A stretch of 64,000 bases of DNA from Candidatus Bathyarchaeia archaeon (GTDB lineage Archaea > Thermoproteota > CALKCG01 > B24): assembly GCA_038870975.1 (NCBI GenBank), contig JAVZJD010000002.1, forward strand, positions 288,001 through 352,000. Direction: 5' to 3'. Each line of letters opens with the position of its first letter. Position 1 is the stretch's first letter. Shown one piece after another: positions 20,380-30,307 of this stretch. Under the pieces are notes generated by a model that did not search any database, was not told the DNA's origin, and saw only the letters and a list, made by a program, of their open reading frames with translations. A program made the translations under genes and the position numbers.

Positions 20380-20673
20380 TTACTCCTCCTTTTTGAATTC
20401 TCTTAGAGCCATAATCCATGGATAGATTGCTGTTATTGCAAATCCAACCATTGGACTGTAGTCGTAGAGTATATAACCAGTCTTATAAAGAAGAAGCCAT
20501 ATAAGGTAGGATATGAACGTCGCCATGAACAACCCTGAGGAAAACCTCAGCATTCTTATCTTCTTAGACTTTTCACCCTTATACGTTACGGCGTAGTGAC
20601 TAACAGATAGAGAACACGCTACAACCAACCACCATGTTACAAACCAAAACAGCGGATCCACAGCTATAGACAA
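20380..20673 (-). CDS. Small three-TM membrane protein
   Basis: Three hydrophobic segments, SD-like GGGGG upstream. Confidence 0.65.
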   Translation of the reverse strand: MSIAVDPLFWFVTWWLVVACSLSVSHYAVTYKGEKSKKIRMLRFSSGLFMATFISYLIWLLLYKTGYILYDYSPMVGFAITAIYPWIMALREFKKEE

Positions 20674-20679
20674 GCCCCC

Positions 20680-20898
20680 TTAATCGCTAACTCCGAGTAA
20701 GAATTTAAGTTGCGTAATCCTATCCATAACTTCAACTATTTGACGCTCCACATCGTATCGACTTCTCTTATAGGCTTCTTCGTCAAGCTCACCACTTTCA
20801 TAGCGTTTTTTAAGCTTCTGCAATTCATCAACAAGCCGATCTCTCTCTTTTAAAAGCCTCCTATACTCCCTTTCAACATTCTTATCTCCAGCCATCAA
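20680..20898 (-). CDS. Small coiled-coil protein with SHOCT-like motif
   Basis: LKKRYESGELDEEAY motif, heptad pattern. Confidence 0.65.
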   Translation of the reverse strand: MMAGDKNVEREYRRLLKERDRLVDELQKLKKRYESGELDEEAYKRSRYDVERQIVEVMDRITQLKFLLGVSD

Positions 20899-20948
20899 GA
20901 GGATAACACCTAAATTCTTTATTACCGGAAACCGTTATAAGTTTATAT

Positions 20949-21311
20949 GTGAAAGACTCGACATACAAGATTGTCTTTGAATTCGAGGGAGGGGTTAAAG
21001 TCCACGGTGAATTTTCAAGAATATACGCCCCTATTACAGTTAGTCGCTTAGTGTCAAGTTTACCTTTGAATGGCAGAGTAGAGGCTTTGAAAGGATGGCT
21101 CTACTTCACAGTGGATATAAGCCTAAGACCTGAGAAGCCAAAATTCAACTGCGAACCCAGATGGATAGGATACTGGCCTCTAGCTAAAGCCATCTGTCTA
21201 TTCTACGAGAAAACGAGTTTAAAATCTCCGGTGAATAGGATAGGCTCTATTTCAGATTTCGCACTGACACGTATACCTTCAGGTGTAAGAGTGAGAATTA
21301 GACCCGTCTAA
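20949..21311 (+). CDS. Cyclophilin-like fold protein (DUF369-like)
   Basis: APITV..LPL..LYF..IGYWPLAKAICLFY..SPVNRIG. Confidence 0.8.
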   Translation: MKDSTYKIVFEFEGGVKVHGEFSRIYAPITVSRLVSSLPLNGRVEALKGWLYFTVDISLRPEKPKFNCEPRWIGYWPLAKAICLFYEKTSLKSPVNRIGSISDFALTRIPSGVRVRIRPV

Positions 21312-21634
21312 ACCCCAGCAAACTTGAATACTCTTATCCGATTATTGCCTGAAACTGGCGTAATATACCCCTTCTTCCAAAGCTCCTCCAAAATATCCTT
21401 AGCAACACTTATCTTTACTTTAAACTTTGAAGCTACTTCAAACGGCGTTATCACCTTCATCGTTGAAACCTCTTTAACAAGTCTATCACCATCCATATCT
21501 ATGAATAGCCCCTTAGTAGAGACATCTGTCACTCTAGCCCTTTCCGAGGGCTTTTCTTTTTTAACTTCTTTCTTCTCTTTCACAGTCTGAGATTTAGCCA
21601 TTTGAGAAATAGATTTTTTCTTAACGCCACCCAC
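21308..21634 (-). CDS. rps25e: 30S ribosomal protein eS25
   Basis: MGGVKKKSISQMAK..KVITPFEVASKFKVKISVAKDILEEL. Confidence 0.9.
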   Translation of the reverse strand: MGGVKKKSISQMAKSQTVKEKKEVKKEKPSERARVTDVSTKGLFIDMDGDRLVKEVSTMKVITPFEVASKFKVKISVAKDILEELWKKGYITPVSGNNRIRVFKFAGV

Positions 21635-21822
21635 GCCAAATTAAGGATAAACGTTTCATTAATAAACTTTTCAGTTGCCTTTACGCAGAGGATGTTTGAC
21701 TCATAAAAAGGGCTAACCCAGCTTGCCGAGGTTATTCGCAGAGGCTGAAAAATAGTAATATTTTTTAGGTGTAAATTCGACTCTAAATTCACGTCAAGTT
21801 AAATAGGTAGGTTGAGAATGAC

Positions 21823-22806
21823 TTGTTCGAAGAATGGGGATTACTGGGAAATACATTAATTCTTCTGGCTTCTTTTGTTATTCTCGATAAGGCAAGCGAT
21901 TGGACAATAACCAATGCCGTTAGAGTGTCAGATATAACTGGTGTTGGAAAAACGACGACGGGCTTCATCTTGGTGGCCTTTTCTACGTCTCTGCCAGAAC
22001 TCTTCATCTCCATTTTCGCAACATTAGATGAAAAACTCATAGGAATTGCTATTGGAAATGTCTTAGGTTCAAATATCGTAAACATTAGCCTTATACTGGG
22101 TATGTGCTTCCTTTTGATTGCCTTAAAAAGCTCAGATATCTTAAAAATTCTACCAGTAATGGTAGAGGAGGAGGTTGGAAAGCTACATTTTGGACTTTTC
22201 ATTTCTTCAATCATCCCATTGTCATTGATCTACATTGGCTATGCGAGTAGGTTCGTTGGAGCTATTTTACTTATCATTTTTATATACTATGTGTATAAGC
22301 TTTCAGAAGTTAAACGTATAAAAGAAGAGGGTTCTCTTGGTGAAGAAAGACAAAGAGTTCCCAAGTACGTACTTTTAACGGTTACAGGCGCTGTGATTGT
22401 GGTTGTAAGTTCTCATCTTATTGTGAGCGCCTCTTCTTACATAGCCGAAGTCTTAGGGATACCAAAGGTTGTCATAGGTGCTACAATAATTGCCTTTGGC
22501 ACTAGTTTACCAGAACTAATGACGAGTATAGATTCTACTCTAAAGGGGCATATAGACCTGGCTCTAGGTAATATTATCGGAAGTTGCTTTACAAACATAA
22601 CGTGTATTCTAGGTGTCGCTCTTCTTGGTTCAAATTTAAGGGTTAATATGGCTGCTTTTTCCAACTTAGTTACATTTTCACTCATGACAAACCTTTTACT
22701 ATGGTACTTTCTATCAAGTGGGAGAATAGGCTGGAGGGAGGGGGTAATTCTGATTTTCATGTATACTGTATTCATTTTAGTAAGCTATGGCGGTTATAGG
22801 GCTTAA
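21823..22806 (+). CDS. Sodium/calcium (CaCA, YrbG-like) antiporter
   Basis: Two alpha repeats: AFSTSLPEL..GNVLGSNIVN and AFGTSLPEL..GNIIGSCFTN. Confidence 0.93.
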   Translation: MFEEWGLLGNTLILLASFVILDKASDWTITNAVRVSDITGVGKTTTGFILVAFSTSLPELFISIFATLDEKLIGIAIGNVLGSNIVNISLILGMCFLLIALKSSDILKILPVMVEEEVGKLHFGLFISSIIPLSLIYIGYASRFVGAILLIIFIYYVYKLSEVKRIKEEGSLGEERQRVPKYVLLTVTGAVIVVVSSHLIVSASSYIAEVLGIPKVVIGATIIAFGTSLPELMTSIDSTLKGHIDLALGNIIGSCFTNITCILGVALLGSNLRVNMAAFSNLVTFSLMTNLLLWYFLSSGRIGWREGVILIFMYTVFILVSYGGYRA

Positions 22807-23120
22807 AACATCCATGACAATGAACGTTTATAATGATTCGTAAATGGTAAAGGTCTTTAATTGGAAATCCATGTTAATCCAACAAGGTTCTTCAACAGGA
22901 CGTTATACGGCGTTTACAAAAGAAATATAAATCTCTTTAACTTATAGAGGGATTAAACCATGATGTTTTTAAACATTTACCGAGTCTACTCGCTTTAAAC
23001 GCATTAATTGAAAGAGTAGTATTTCACGAGATGAGTTAATAGTGATTAGGGAATACTACAAGCTTTCAAAAGACAACTGTAAAAACCTTGATTAATGTAG
23101 GTAGTCTTCTAAAGAAACGC

Positions 23121-23309
23121 ATGAGGCTCGTAACAGTTAAAATACCAGAGGCTCTTCTAGAAGACATAGATGAACTAGTTAGAGTAGGACTATATCCAAA
23201 TAGAAGCTCTGTTATAAGAGCGGCTGTAAGAGACCTTGTTAGGAGGGAACTTTGGGATAGAGGTGGTGGAAGCTACAGAAGGGCTTTAAACAGCAGTAGA
23301 TCTCAATAG
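23121..23309 (+). CDS. Ribbon-helix-helix (CopG/Arc/MetJ) regulator
   Basis: [40 protein letters not shown]. Confidence 0.9.
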   Translation: MRLVTVKIPEALLEDIDELVRVGLYPNRSSVIRAAVRDLVRRELWDRGGGSYRRALNSSRSQ

Positions 23310-23320
23310 CTCTTAAACGT

Positions 23321-24076
23321 TCAAACACTAAATGAGGATATTTCTTTAAATTTTAAAGATGCACTCCAAGGGTTTTCACTTAAGCATATAGCTCTACCAA
23401 TTATAAGGTATGTAGCCCCTGCATTTAAAGCATCTTTAGGAGAGCCCCCTTGAAAAACTACGCCTGGTGAGAATATTGGCATATCCGGTCCAACGATTTC
23501 ACGTACTTCACGTATTATGCTTGGTCTGGTAGCACCTACTATTAAGCCGTCAACCCTCCAACTTTTAGCCTTCTCAACTAATGAAAGGTACTGTTTTCTT
23601 GTCGTTTTATCCACTTCCACTATGAGTTGCCCAAATGTTTCTTCAGCCCCCATATTACTCATATATATTAACGGCAGTACTCCTCTACCCCTCTTCTTCG
23701 CCTCCTCCAAAACTGAATCCAAACCATCCTTGAAACCTACGAATGGATTTACTGTTAAAGCGTCAAAGCCAGCGTCGAAGTAGAGTTTAGCAATGATTCT
23801 ATTAACATGACCAACGTCGCTCAATTTACAATCCATTATGACGGGTAAGCCTATCTCATGTGATTTCTTAACGAGTTTAGATACACCATCCTGCAGCCCA
23901 AGAATCAGTATTGTTGGCATTCCTATTTTAAAGGCACAAACGTTTTCAGATGTCTCCATCATAATCCACAGTGTTTTCTCGTAAAGCTTTTCTTTAGAAA
24001 ATTCAGGTATGTCTAGGGCGAGTACAACCCTGGATTTTCTCTCTCTACTGCTTTTCTCAATTTCGAGGTTGAACAT
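23321..24076 (-). CDS. pyrF: Orotidine 5'-phosphate decarboxylase
   Basis: VLALD, FKIG, DCKLSDVGH (DxKxxD), VGAT, SPGV..QGG, IIGR. Confidence 0.93.
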   Translation of the reverse strand: MFNLEIEKSSRERKSRVVLALDIPEFSKEKLYEKTLWIMMETSENVCAFKIGMPTILILGLQDGVSKLVKKSHEIGLPVIMDCKLSDVGHVNRIIAKLYFDAGFDALTVNPFVGFKDGLDSVLEEAKKRGRGVLPLIYMSNMGAEETFGQLIVEVDKTTRKQYLSLVEKAKSWRVDGLIVGATRPSIIREVREIVGPDMPIFSPGVVFQGGSPKDALNAGATYLIIGRAICLSENPWSASLKFKEISSFSV

Positions 24077-24203
24077 TCCAACTATAAATCGACGAAGTGA
24101 GATTTAAGTTTCTAGTGTTGAAAAACCATGTAACTCTAGCATAGCGACTGTTTTAAGAGGAAACTGCAACTTTAAAAAGGCCTCCTTCAAAGAAATCTTC
24201 TAT

Positions 24204-24956
24204 ATGGGGTATGTAAAAGTCGGTTGTTGCGGCTTCCCACTTAAGGGTGGGATGAAAGCTTATTTCGAGAAATTCAATCTCGTAGAACTCCAGTCAACCT
24301 TCTACAGACTACCTAGATTGAATACTGCTAAGAATTGGAGGGCTCAGGCCCCAGAAGGATTCGAGTTTTCTATGAAAGGCTTCCAAGGTTTAACCCATCC
24401 AACTAGCAGTCCAACCTGGAGGAGGAGTGGTTTAAAACTTAACTCTGAAGAGTCTAAAGAAGCTGGTTTTCTAAGACCGACTAAGGTCAATTTCGAGTAT
24501 TGGAAACAGACGAGAAGTGTAGCCGAAGCCTTAAACGCTAGAGTCGTAGTTCTTCAGTGCCCACCATCATTCACGTGTACAGATGAAAACATCGAATCTA
24601 TGATAATGTTCTTTAAGACTATTGATCGTGGAAAACTCGTAATTGGATGGGAGCCTAGACACGGCTCTTGGAGCTCAGACGTAATAAGAGAACTATGTAT
24701 GAAGCTTAATCTGATACACGTAGTGGACCCGTTTAAATCTGAAACGCAGACATGCGATTTAAACCCAATCTACTATAGGTTGCATGGTTTAGGACCCAGA
24801 CCATATAACTACAGGTATACAGATGAGGATCTAAAAGTACTATATGAACGTTATGTTAAACCACTTCAAAACCGTGGGTTAGACGTCTACATACTCTGGA
24901 ACAACATATACATGGGAGAAGACGCTTTGAGGTTTAAACAAATGTACTTAATCTAG
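24204..24956 (+). CDS. DUF72 (YecE-like) TIM-barrel protein
   Basis: VGCCGF, VELQSTFYRLP, QCPPSF, WEPRH, YYRLHG, WNN. Confidence 0.9.
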   Translation: MGYVKVGCCGFPLKGGMKAYFEKFNLVELQSTFYRLPRLNTAKNWRAQAPEGFEFSMKGFQGLTHPTSSPTWRRSGLKLNSEESKEAGFLRPTKVNFEYWKQTRSVAEALNARVVVLQCPPSFTCTDENIESMIMFFKTIDRGKLVIGWEPRHGSWSSDVIRELCMKLNLIHVVDPFKSETQTCDLNPIYYRLHGLGPRPYNYRYTDEDLKVLYERYVKPLQNRGLDVYILWNNIYMGEDALRFKQMYLI

Positions 24957-25378
24957 CTCTATGCATTTAAGCCAAGGATTGACCACGTTCTCACCGGCGT
25001 TCAGACTTCTAATGATTTATAAGCTTCTCAACTTCCACAGATTACATGGAAGTTTCACATCTAATGGACTCGTCCTATAGCGGTCATTCTCCTGACCTCT
25101 AATCCAATTGGGTCAACAGAGTATTTGCAGAGCAGATTTATTGGAGCACCTGGACGACGTTCGGTTGAAATCTCCATATAATCGTGCATTTTTACAATTA
25201 CCTCCTCTTCCTCTTTTAGAAAGAGAAATAATTATAGTTTCTCTACGACACCATACAACCTTACAACGATTCGCATTGAAATACCATCAAAATATGTAAT
25301 CTAGAGTTTAAAACATTGAAGATACTTTATTGGAAATCTCAAGAAACTATTTATTCCCCTGTAGCATTATTTAAAATT

Positions 25379-26515
25379 GTGGATTTCCAACGAGTTGGAG
25401 TGGCAGATCTAATTCTCCACAACGGTAAAGCTCCTTCATGGTTAACGAGGCGAATGATCAAATTAGGCAGTATTGTGGTTAAGTTGATCATAGATGAGCA
25501 GGGCCATCGAGAATTTCTACGAAGACTTTCCAACCCGGTTTGGTTTCAAGCTTTATCTTGTGCACTTGCCTATGATTGGGATAGTAGCGGTACTACAACG
25601 GTGCTTTGCGGCGTTTTAAAGAACGTACTTAATGGGCAGGATTTGGGTGTTAAAGCTGTTGGAGGAAAGGGGAAACTTTCACAATTAAGCCTCAATGAGA
25701 TAGATGAGTTGAGTAGAACTTACGATTTCTCTGAGGAGGAAAGTAAACGGCTTAAGTATGCGAGTAGAATGACTGCGAAGATCGATAATGTAGCTGTTCA
25801 AGCAGGTTATAGGCTCTATCACCACATGATGTTTATATCAAACGATGGGGATTGGACTGTTGTCCAACAAGGTATGAATCCCAATTTGAAGACGGCTAGA
25901 AGGTTTCACTGGCTTTCGGGAAGTTTTAAGAGCTTCGTCGTTGAACCACACAGCGGAATAATGGGCAGTATGGTACATAAAAACGTCCTCAATACTATAG
26001 CCAAAGATTCTGAAGACTTCAGGAGGTTGGTAGTAGACCTTGTTAAAGACGGGGCTGAAAAACTAAGAAGAACACTTCTATCGATTCGAGTAGAGGGGCA
26101 GGAGACGCTCTCTAAATGGATGTTTGGTGTAACGGAAACATCCATTATAAAGGCGTATAGAGTAGATCCTAAAAGCGTAAATTGGGATGCTCTTAAGAAA
26201 GCCTATGAAGCCACTCCGAACAACTATGAAGAACTTTTAGCGGTCAGAGGAATAGGTCCATCAACTGTTAAAGCTCTTGCGCTAATTTCAGAGCTTGTTT
26301 ACGGTGTTGAACCCAGCTGGAAAGACCCTGTTAAGTATACTTTTGCATTCGGAGGGAAGGATGGTATTCCATTCCCCGTGAAGCGACGAGAGTACGATGA
26401 AGCTATAAGTTTCCTTGAAGATGCAATATTTAAAGCCAAACTTGGAGATAGGGATAAGATTGAAGCCCTTAAAAGACTTAAAAACTACGCCTCAAAAATT
26501 CAACTCGTATTATGA
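25379..26515 (+). CDS. DUF763 domain protein
   Basis: ADL.LHNGKAPSWL, WFQAL..YDWDSSGTTT, AKIDNVAVQAG, FAFGGKDG. Confidence 0.88.
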   Translation: MDFQRVGVADLILHNGKAPSWLTRRMIKLGSIVVKLIIDEQGHREFLRRLSNPVWFQALSCALAYDWDSSGTTTVLCGVLKNVLNGQDLGVKAVGGKGKLSQLSLNEIDELSRTYDFSEEESKRLKYASRMTAKIDNVAVQAGYRLYHHMMFISNDGDWTVVQQGMNPNLKTARRFHWLSGSFKSFVVEPHSGIMGSMVHKNVLNTIAKDSEDFRRLVVDLVKDGAEKLRRTLLSIRVEGQETLSKWMFGVTETSIIKAYRVDPKSVNWDALKKAYEATPNNYEELLAVRGIGPSTVKALALISELVYGVEPSWKDPVKYTFAFGGKDGIPFPVKRREYDEAISFLEDAIFKAKLGDRDKIEALKRLKNYASKIQLVL

Positions 26516-26558
26516 ATAGATTTTACATGAGAAGTGAAGCGTAATCCACTTTGACTAC

Positions 26559-27308
26559 TTATTGAAAGTATTGGATATTGAGCCTATCTACAACGTTAGA
26601 TAAATTCAATCCTCTATCTTCAGCTATCATTGTTAGGTGGCGCACAGTTGTAGGCTCTATACTTAGAAGTCTACACACAGCCAAGTCTACTGTGAATGGA
26701 TCTACGCCGAATAGGACTTCATCCTTTACTTCAGCTATATGTAAACCTTTAGGGACTACTTTAACGAGGTCTGCCAAAACTTTATCAACACCCTTCGCAT
26801 GATAATTTAAAAACTTAGATTTAACAATCAAAAGTCCAAACATGTTCTTAACGCAGCACGTCAATCTTGTCGTTGGATGGCTTCCAGCTCTGGCGAGGTT
26901 TATGAATAACCCTGTTTCCATCAAAACTGATGGAAGAGGGAGAGAAGCACATGCTCTATGTTTTATTACGTTGACGTTAACTTTACCGTACTCAGAGAAA
27001 TCTACGAGTTTAACACCTTGAATATCCCTCAATTTCTCATAAAGAGATAGGCTTTTAAACCTCTCTTTGGGTGAATGCATGGTGCTTGCTGTATCACCTA
27101 CGTAAATAGTTTTCGCATAATTCCCAGCGTATAACATCGTAGCCTTTAATAGGTCGGGGTTGGGAGGGTAGAAGCCGCAGATATTGGGTTTAACTACGGC
27201 TACATCGCATCGACTTGGCTTAAAGCCAGTTGCTTCAGCTAATTGGTTGAAAGACTTTATGGCTGAATCGATGTCTGCGATAACTATTGTGAAAATTTCA
27301 CCAGACAT
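26559..27308 (-). CDS. DUF362 domain protein
   Basis: VVKPN, INL..SH..LTCCVKNMFG, DPFTVD. Confidence 0.8.
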   Translation of the reverse strand: MSGEIFTIVIADIDSAIKSFNQLAEATGFKPSRCDVAVVKPNICGFYPPNPDLLKATMLYAGNYAKTIYVGDTASTMHSPKERFKSLSLYEKLRDIQGVKLVDFSEYGKVNVNVIKHRACASLPLPSVLMETGLFINLARAGSHPTTRLTCCVKNMFGLLIVKSKFLNYHAKGVDKVLADLVKVVPKGLHIAEVKDEVLFGVDPFTVDLAVCRLLSIEPTTVRHLTMIAEDRGLNLSNVVDRLNIQYFQ

Positions 27309-27393
27309 CTAACTATTTAATAGCTCGATGTCTTTTTTTAAGTTTCCCAAGAGGATAAAACTTTATCTCAACTTATCTCGAAGACTAATAGAT

Positions 27394-28308
27394 ATGGATA
27401 AACCCGTAGTAGCGGTATCTAAAGGAGCCAACAGGTATGATACGGTTAGGAAAACCCTAGAACTCATATATGACGATATAGCTGAAAGTATTAAAGGAAA
27501 ACGTAAAATCCTCATAAAACCTAACTTCGTATCGGATAGCATACAACTAGCCGCTACGCATGTAGACGTCGTTAAGGCAATCCTCGATACGATCACACCT
27601 CTAACCACTGGAGAAGTTCTAATAGGAGAGGGGTCTTACGGAGATACATTTAAAGGGTTCAGAAGCTTCGGCTACTTGAAGCTTAGAAGCGAGTATGGAG
27701 TAGAACTAATAGATTTAAACAGCGACGAATACGTCGAAGTTAGTATCTTCGACGGGAAGTTTAGAGAATTCCCAATAAGAATTTCTAAAACCGTCTATGA
27801 GAGTGATTACAGAATATCAGCCGCAGTCATGAAAACACACGACTTTGTCATCGCAACATTATCCATAAAAAACATGGCTGTTGGAAGCATAATTAAACCT
27901 TTTAAAAGTAGAATTCATCAAGGCTACCCAGCTATAAACCTGAACATATACAAAATAGCCAAATTCATACCTATACATTTAGCAGTCGTAGATGCTTTCA
28001 AAGCTATGGAGGGGGATGGGCCGGTTTGGGGTAGTGAAGTTTCAATGGGGGTGGCATTAGCTGGTTTAGACCCTGTAGCAGTGGACTCAGTAGCCGCTTA
28101 TATTATGGGGTTTGATCCAATGAACATAGGGTATATATACTATTGCCACAAGTTTGGGCTTGGAAACGCAAACATCGAAAACATAAAAATAATCGGTGAA
28201 AACATTGAAACAGTAAAGAGGAGGTTTAAACCTCATAGGAGCATCGATAAACAGCTCAATTGGAGGATCCCTCAAGAACTACTATCCCAATTAGATCTAG
28301 ATCCCTAG
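27394..28308 (+). CDS. DUF362 domain protein
   Basis: ILIKPNFV, IGEGS, MKTHD..TLSIKNM, MEGDGP, DPVAVD. Confidence 0.88.
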   Translation: MDKPVVAVSKGANRYDTVRKTLELIYDDIAESIKGKRKILIKPNFVSDSIQLAATHVDVVKAILDTITPLTTGEVLIGEGSYGDTFKGFRSFGYLKLRSEYGVELIDLNSDEYVEVSIFDGKFREFPIRISKTVYESDYRISAAVMKTHDFVIATLSIKNMAVGSIIKPFKSRIHQGYPAINLNIYKIAKFIPIHLAVVDAFKAMEGDGPVWGSEVSMGVALAGLDPVAVDSVAAYIMGFDPMNIGYIYYCHKFGLGNANIENIKIIGENIETVKRRFKPHRSIDKQLNWRIPQELLSQLDLDP

Positions 28309-28955
28309 GTTGAATTTCTCCATTTGTACTCCCACGGGTTTATATTCCACTCTCTAAGCCTTCTTTTAATGGTTTTAGAACTTACACCCAGAATTTTAGC
28401 TATAGCCGACATCGACAATCCCTTTTCTAAATAGCTTACAACGGTTTTTTTATCAATCGTCTTCATAGGTCTACCGATACGTTTCCCTTCAAGCTTAACT
28501 CTCTTCATTCCCTCCTTAGTCCTCTGACTAAGTAACTCCCGTTCTCTTTCAGCAACCCAGCTGAATATGGCGAGTACAAGCTTACGAATCGACGGGTCTA
28601 ACGTCTGTAGAAAACTCTCTTTAGGACTTATACTGACAAGGGGGATTTCAAGTGTTTCAAGCGATTTTACAGCTTCTAGGGTTTCATAGAAACTTCTACC
28701 TATCCTTGAAAGCTCGTATACGATTGTGACCCTGGGTTTAGGTTTTAAATTTACAACCTCTTCTACAAGCCTTTTAAATCCCTGTCTTCTAAGAGGCGGA
28801 ATTTTACCGCTTATAGCCTCATCTTCATAATACTTGATAACCAAATAGCCGTTATTATGAGCCCATTCATCGATAGCTATTTTCTGATTTTCTACAGTCT
28901 GTTCACCAGTACTAACGCGCACATAGGCTATAGCTGGCTTAAACTCACTAGACAA
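28305..28955 (-). CDS. Serine recombinase (resolvase/invertase) with C-terminal HTH
   Basis: AYVRVST (catalytic Ser)..Q..SG..R.GF..LSRIGRS..AERERELLSQRTKEG..GRP, C-terminal HTH (SMSAIAKILGVS). Confidence 0.93.
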   Translation of the reverse strand: MSSEFKPAIAYVRVSTGEQTVENQKIAIDEWAHNNGYLVIKYYEDEAISGKIPPLRRQGFKRLVEEVVNLKPKPRVTIVYELSRIGRSFYETLEAVKSLETLEIPLVSISPKESFLQTLDPSIRKLVLAIFSWVAERERELLSQRTKEGMKRVKLEGKRIGRPMKTIDKKTVVSYLEKGLSMSAIAKILGVSSKTIKRRLREWNINPWEYKWRNST

Positions 28956-29139
28956 AATAAACTACCCCTTTTATTCCACAAAAATAGGACGTATAAATTG
29001 ATTAAGCACTTTTCGCCGTTAATTTCTTAAGGGCACCTTAATGTCCATACACTTATTCACAGCAATTAAATGCAACTACATAAAATCAAAACTAATTTTG
29101 AAAGTGTATACTTTTAGTTAAAGTCTATATATTTTAAAA

Positions 29140-29793
29140 TCATAGACTTAAGTTTATGAATACTAAGTAAAAACCAACTGATATAACAATTAAGGCTTCA
29201 ATTTTCCCAATATATGGAAGTATGATTTTAAGTTTATTCATTAATATATTTCCAATAAAAGAAGAAGAAACTACTAATAAAAACATTGGGACAACCATAC
29301 CTGTTGAAAATAGCGTGAAAAGAATCAAAGTTTCCCCAGTAATTAGAGAAGCAGAAAGAATCATAAGTAGAATTGGTAGAGAGCAAGTTAAAGAGTTGAA
29401 TGCGTATATTGATCCATAGAGGAATTGTTCGATGCAGAGGTTTCTTATTCTTCCCAAACCTTTAAATCGTATTTGAATTGACATTACATTCTTACCGCTT
29501 AAAGCGATTAATCCAAAAAATAATAGTGAAACTCCAAGAATGATGCCTACAATCGGAATGAGGGAAATGACTTTTTCAACTAAAGAGATAGGTAGTAAAA
29601 GAAAGATAAACAATGTTGATTCAATACCTAAGATAAACATTAAACCTGTTTTTAAACCATCAATCAGTGAATTCTTCATCCGTCCCCCATCAATCCACCG
29701 TGTAATATACGCTGGAAGCAATGGAAATGCACATGGCGATAGGAACGATGAAAAACCACCTAAAAAAGCCAAAGTTGCTAAAGCCAGATTCAA
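29140..29793 (-). CDS. ccdA: CcdA/DsbD-beta type membrane disulfide reductase
   Basis: FLSPCAFPLLPAYI and SLTCSLPI (two conserved Cys), six TM. Confidence 0.88.
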   Translation of the reverse strand: MNLALATLAFLGGFSSFLSPCAFPLLPAYITRWIDGGRMKNSLIDGLKTGLMFILGIESTLFIFLLLPISLVEKVISLIPIVGIILGVSLLFFGLIALSGKNVMSIQIRFKGLGRIRNLCIEQFLYGSIYAFNSLTCSLPILLMILSASLITGETLILFTLFSTGMVVPMFLLVVSSSFIGNILMNKLKIILPYIGKIEALIVISVGFYLVFINLSL

Positions 29794-29800
29794 AGCCTCA

Positions 29801-30307
29801 CTACTCCATCTCGTTTAACAATTGAGAAATTTCAAATATCAATTCTGACGCTTCAACTACGCCTTCATGTCGAAATCTAATCCTACCTTTATAGTCTATG
29901 ATAACGGTTGTCGGCAATACTTTAACACTGTAGTTCAGACCGACTTCATAGCTTTGAGCAAATATCCAAGTAGCTCCAAGTTCATCTCTATAGTCTCTAA
30001 GCGTATTCGAGATGTCTGACGGGTCAATACTTATGGACACTATTATAATCGATGGGTTTCTAAATTGTTCATGAACTTTCTTAAGTTCTTCAACTTGAGC
30101 CTTGCAATGTCTACACCATGTTGCCATAAACTCTAACACGACGATTTTTCCTTTACATTCGCTTAGTCTAAAGGTTGCGCCGTCTACATCTGTAATTGTG
30201 AACGAAGGAGCATCTGCAAACTTCCCCTCCTCTAAGAATGCTGATAGTAGGATTGCTCCAGCAACTGAAGGCAGAATTATCAATAAGATTAAGACCTTGG
30301 CGTCCAC
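29801..30307 (-). CDS. Membrane-anchored TlpA/ResA thioredoxin-like protein
   Basis: N-terminal TM, APSFT..GKIVVLEFMATWCRHC, LPTTVIID. Confidence 0.9.
   Translation of the reverse strand: MDAKVLILLIILPSVAGAILLSAFLEEGKFADAPSFTITDVDGATFRLSECKGKIVVLEFMATWCRHCKAQVEELKKVHEQFRNPSIIIVSISIDPSDISNTLRDYRDELGATWIFAQSYEVGLNYSVKVLPTTVIIDYKGRIRFRHEGVVEASELIFEISQLLNEME

Noticed and set aside
28305-28955. IS607 transposase TnpA
   Set aside because: The HTH is C-terminal rather than N-terminal and there is no tnpB
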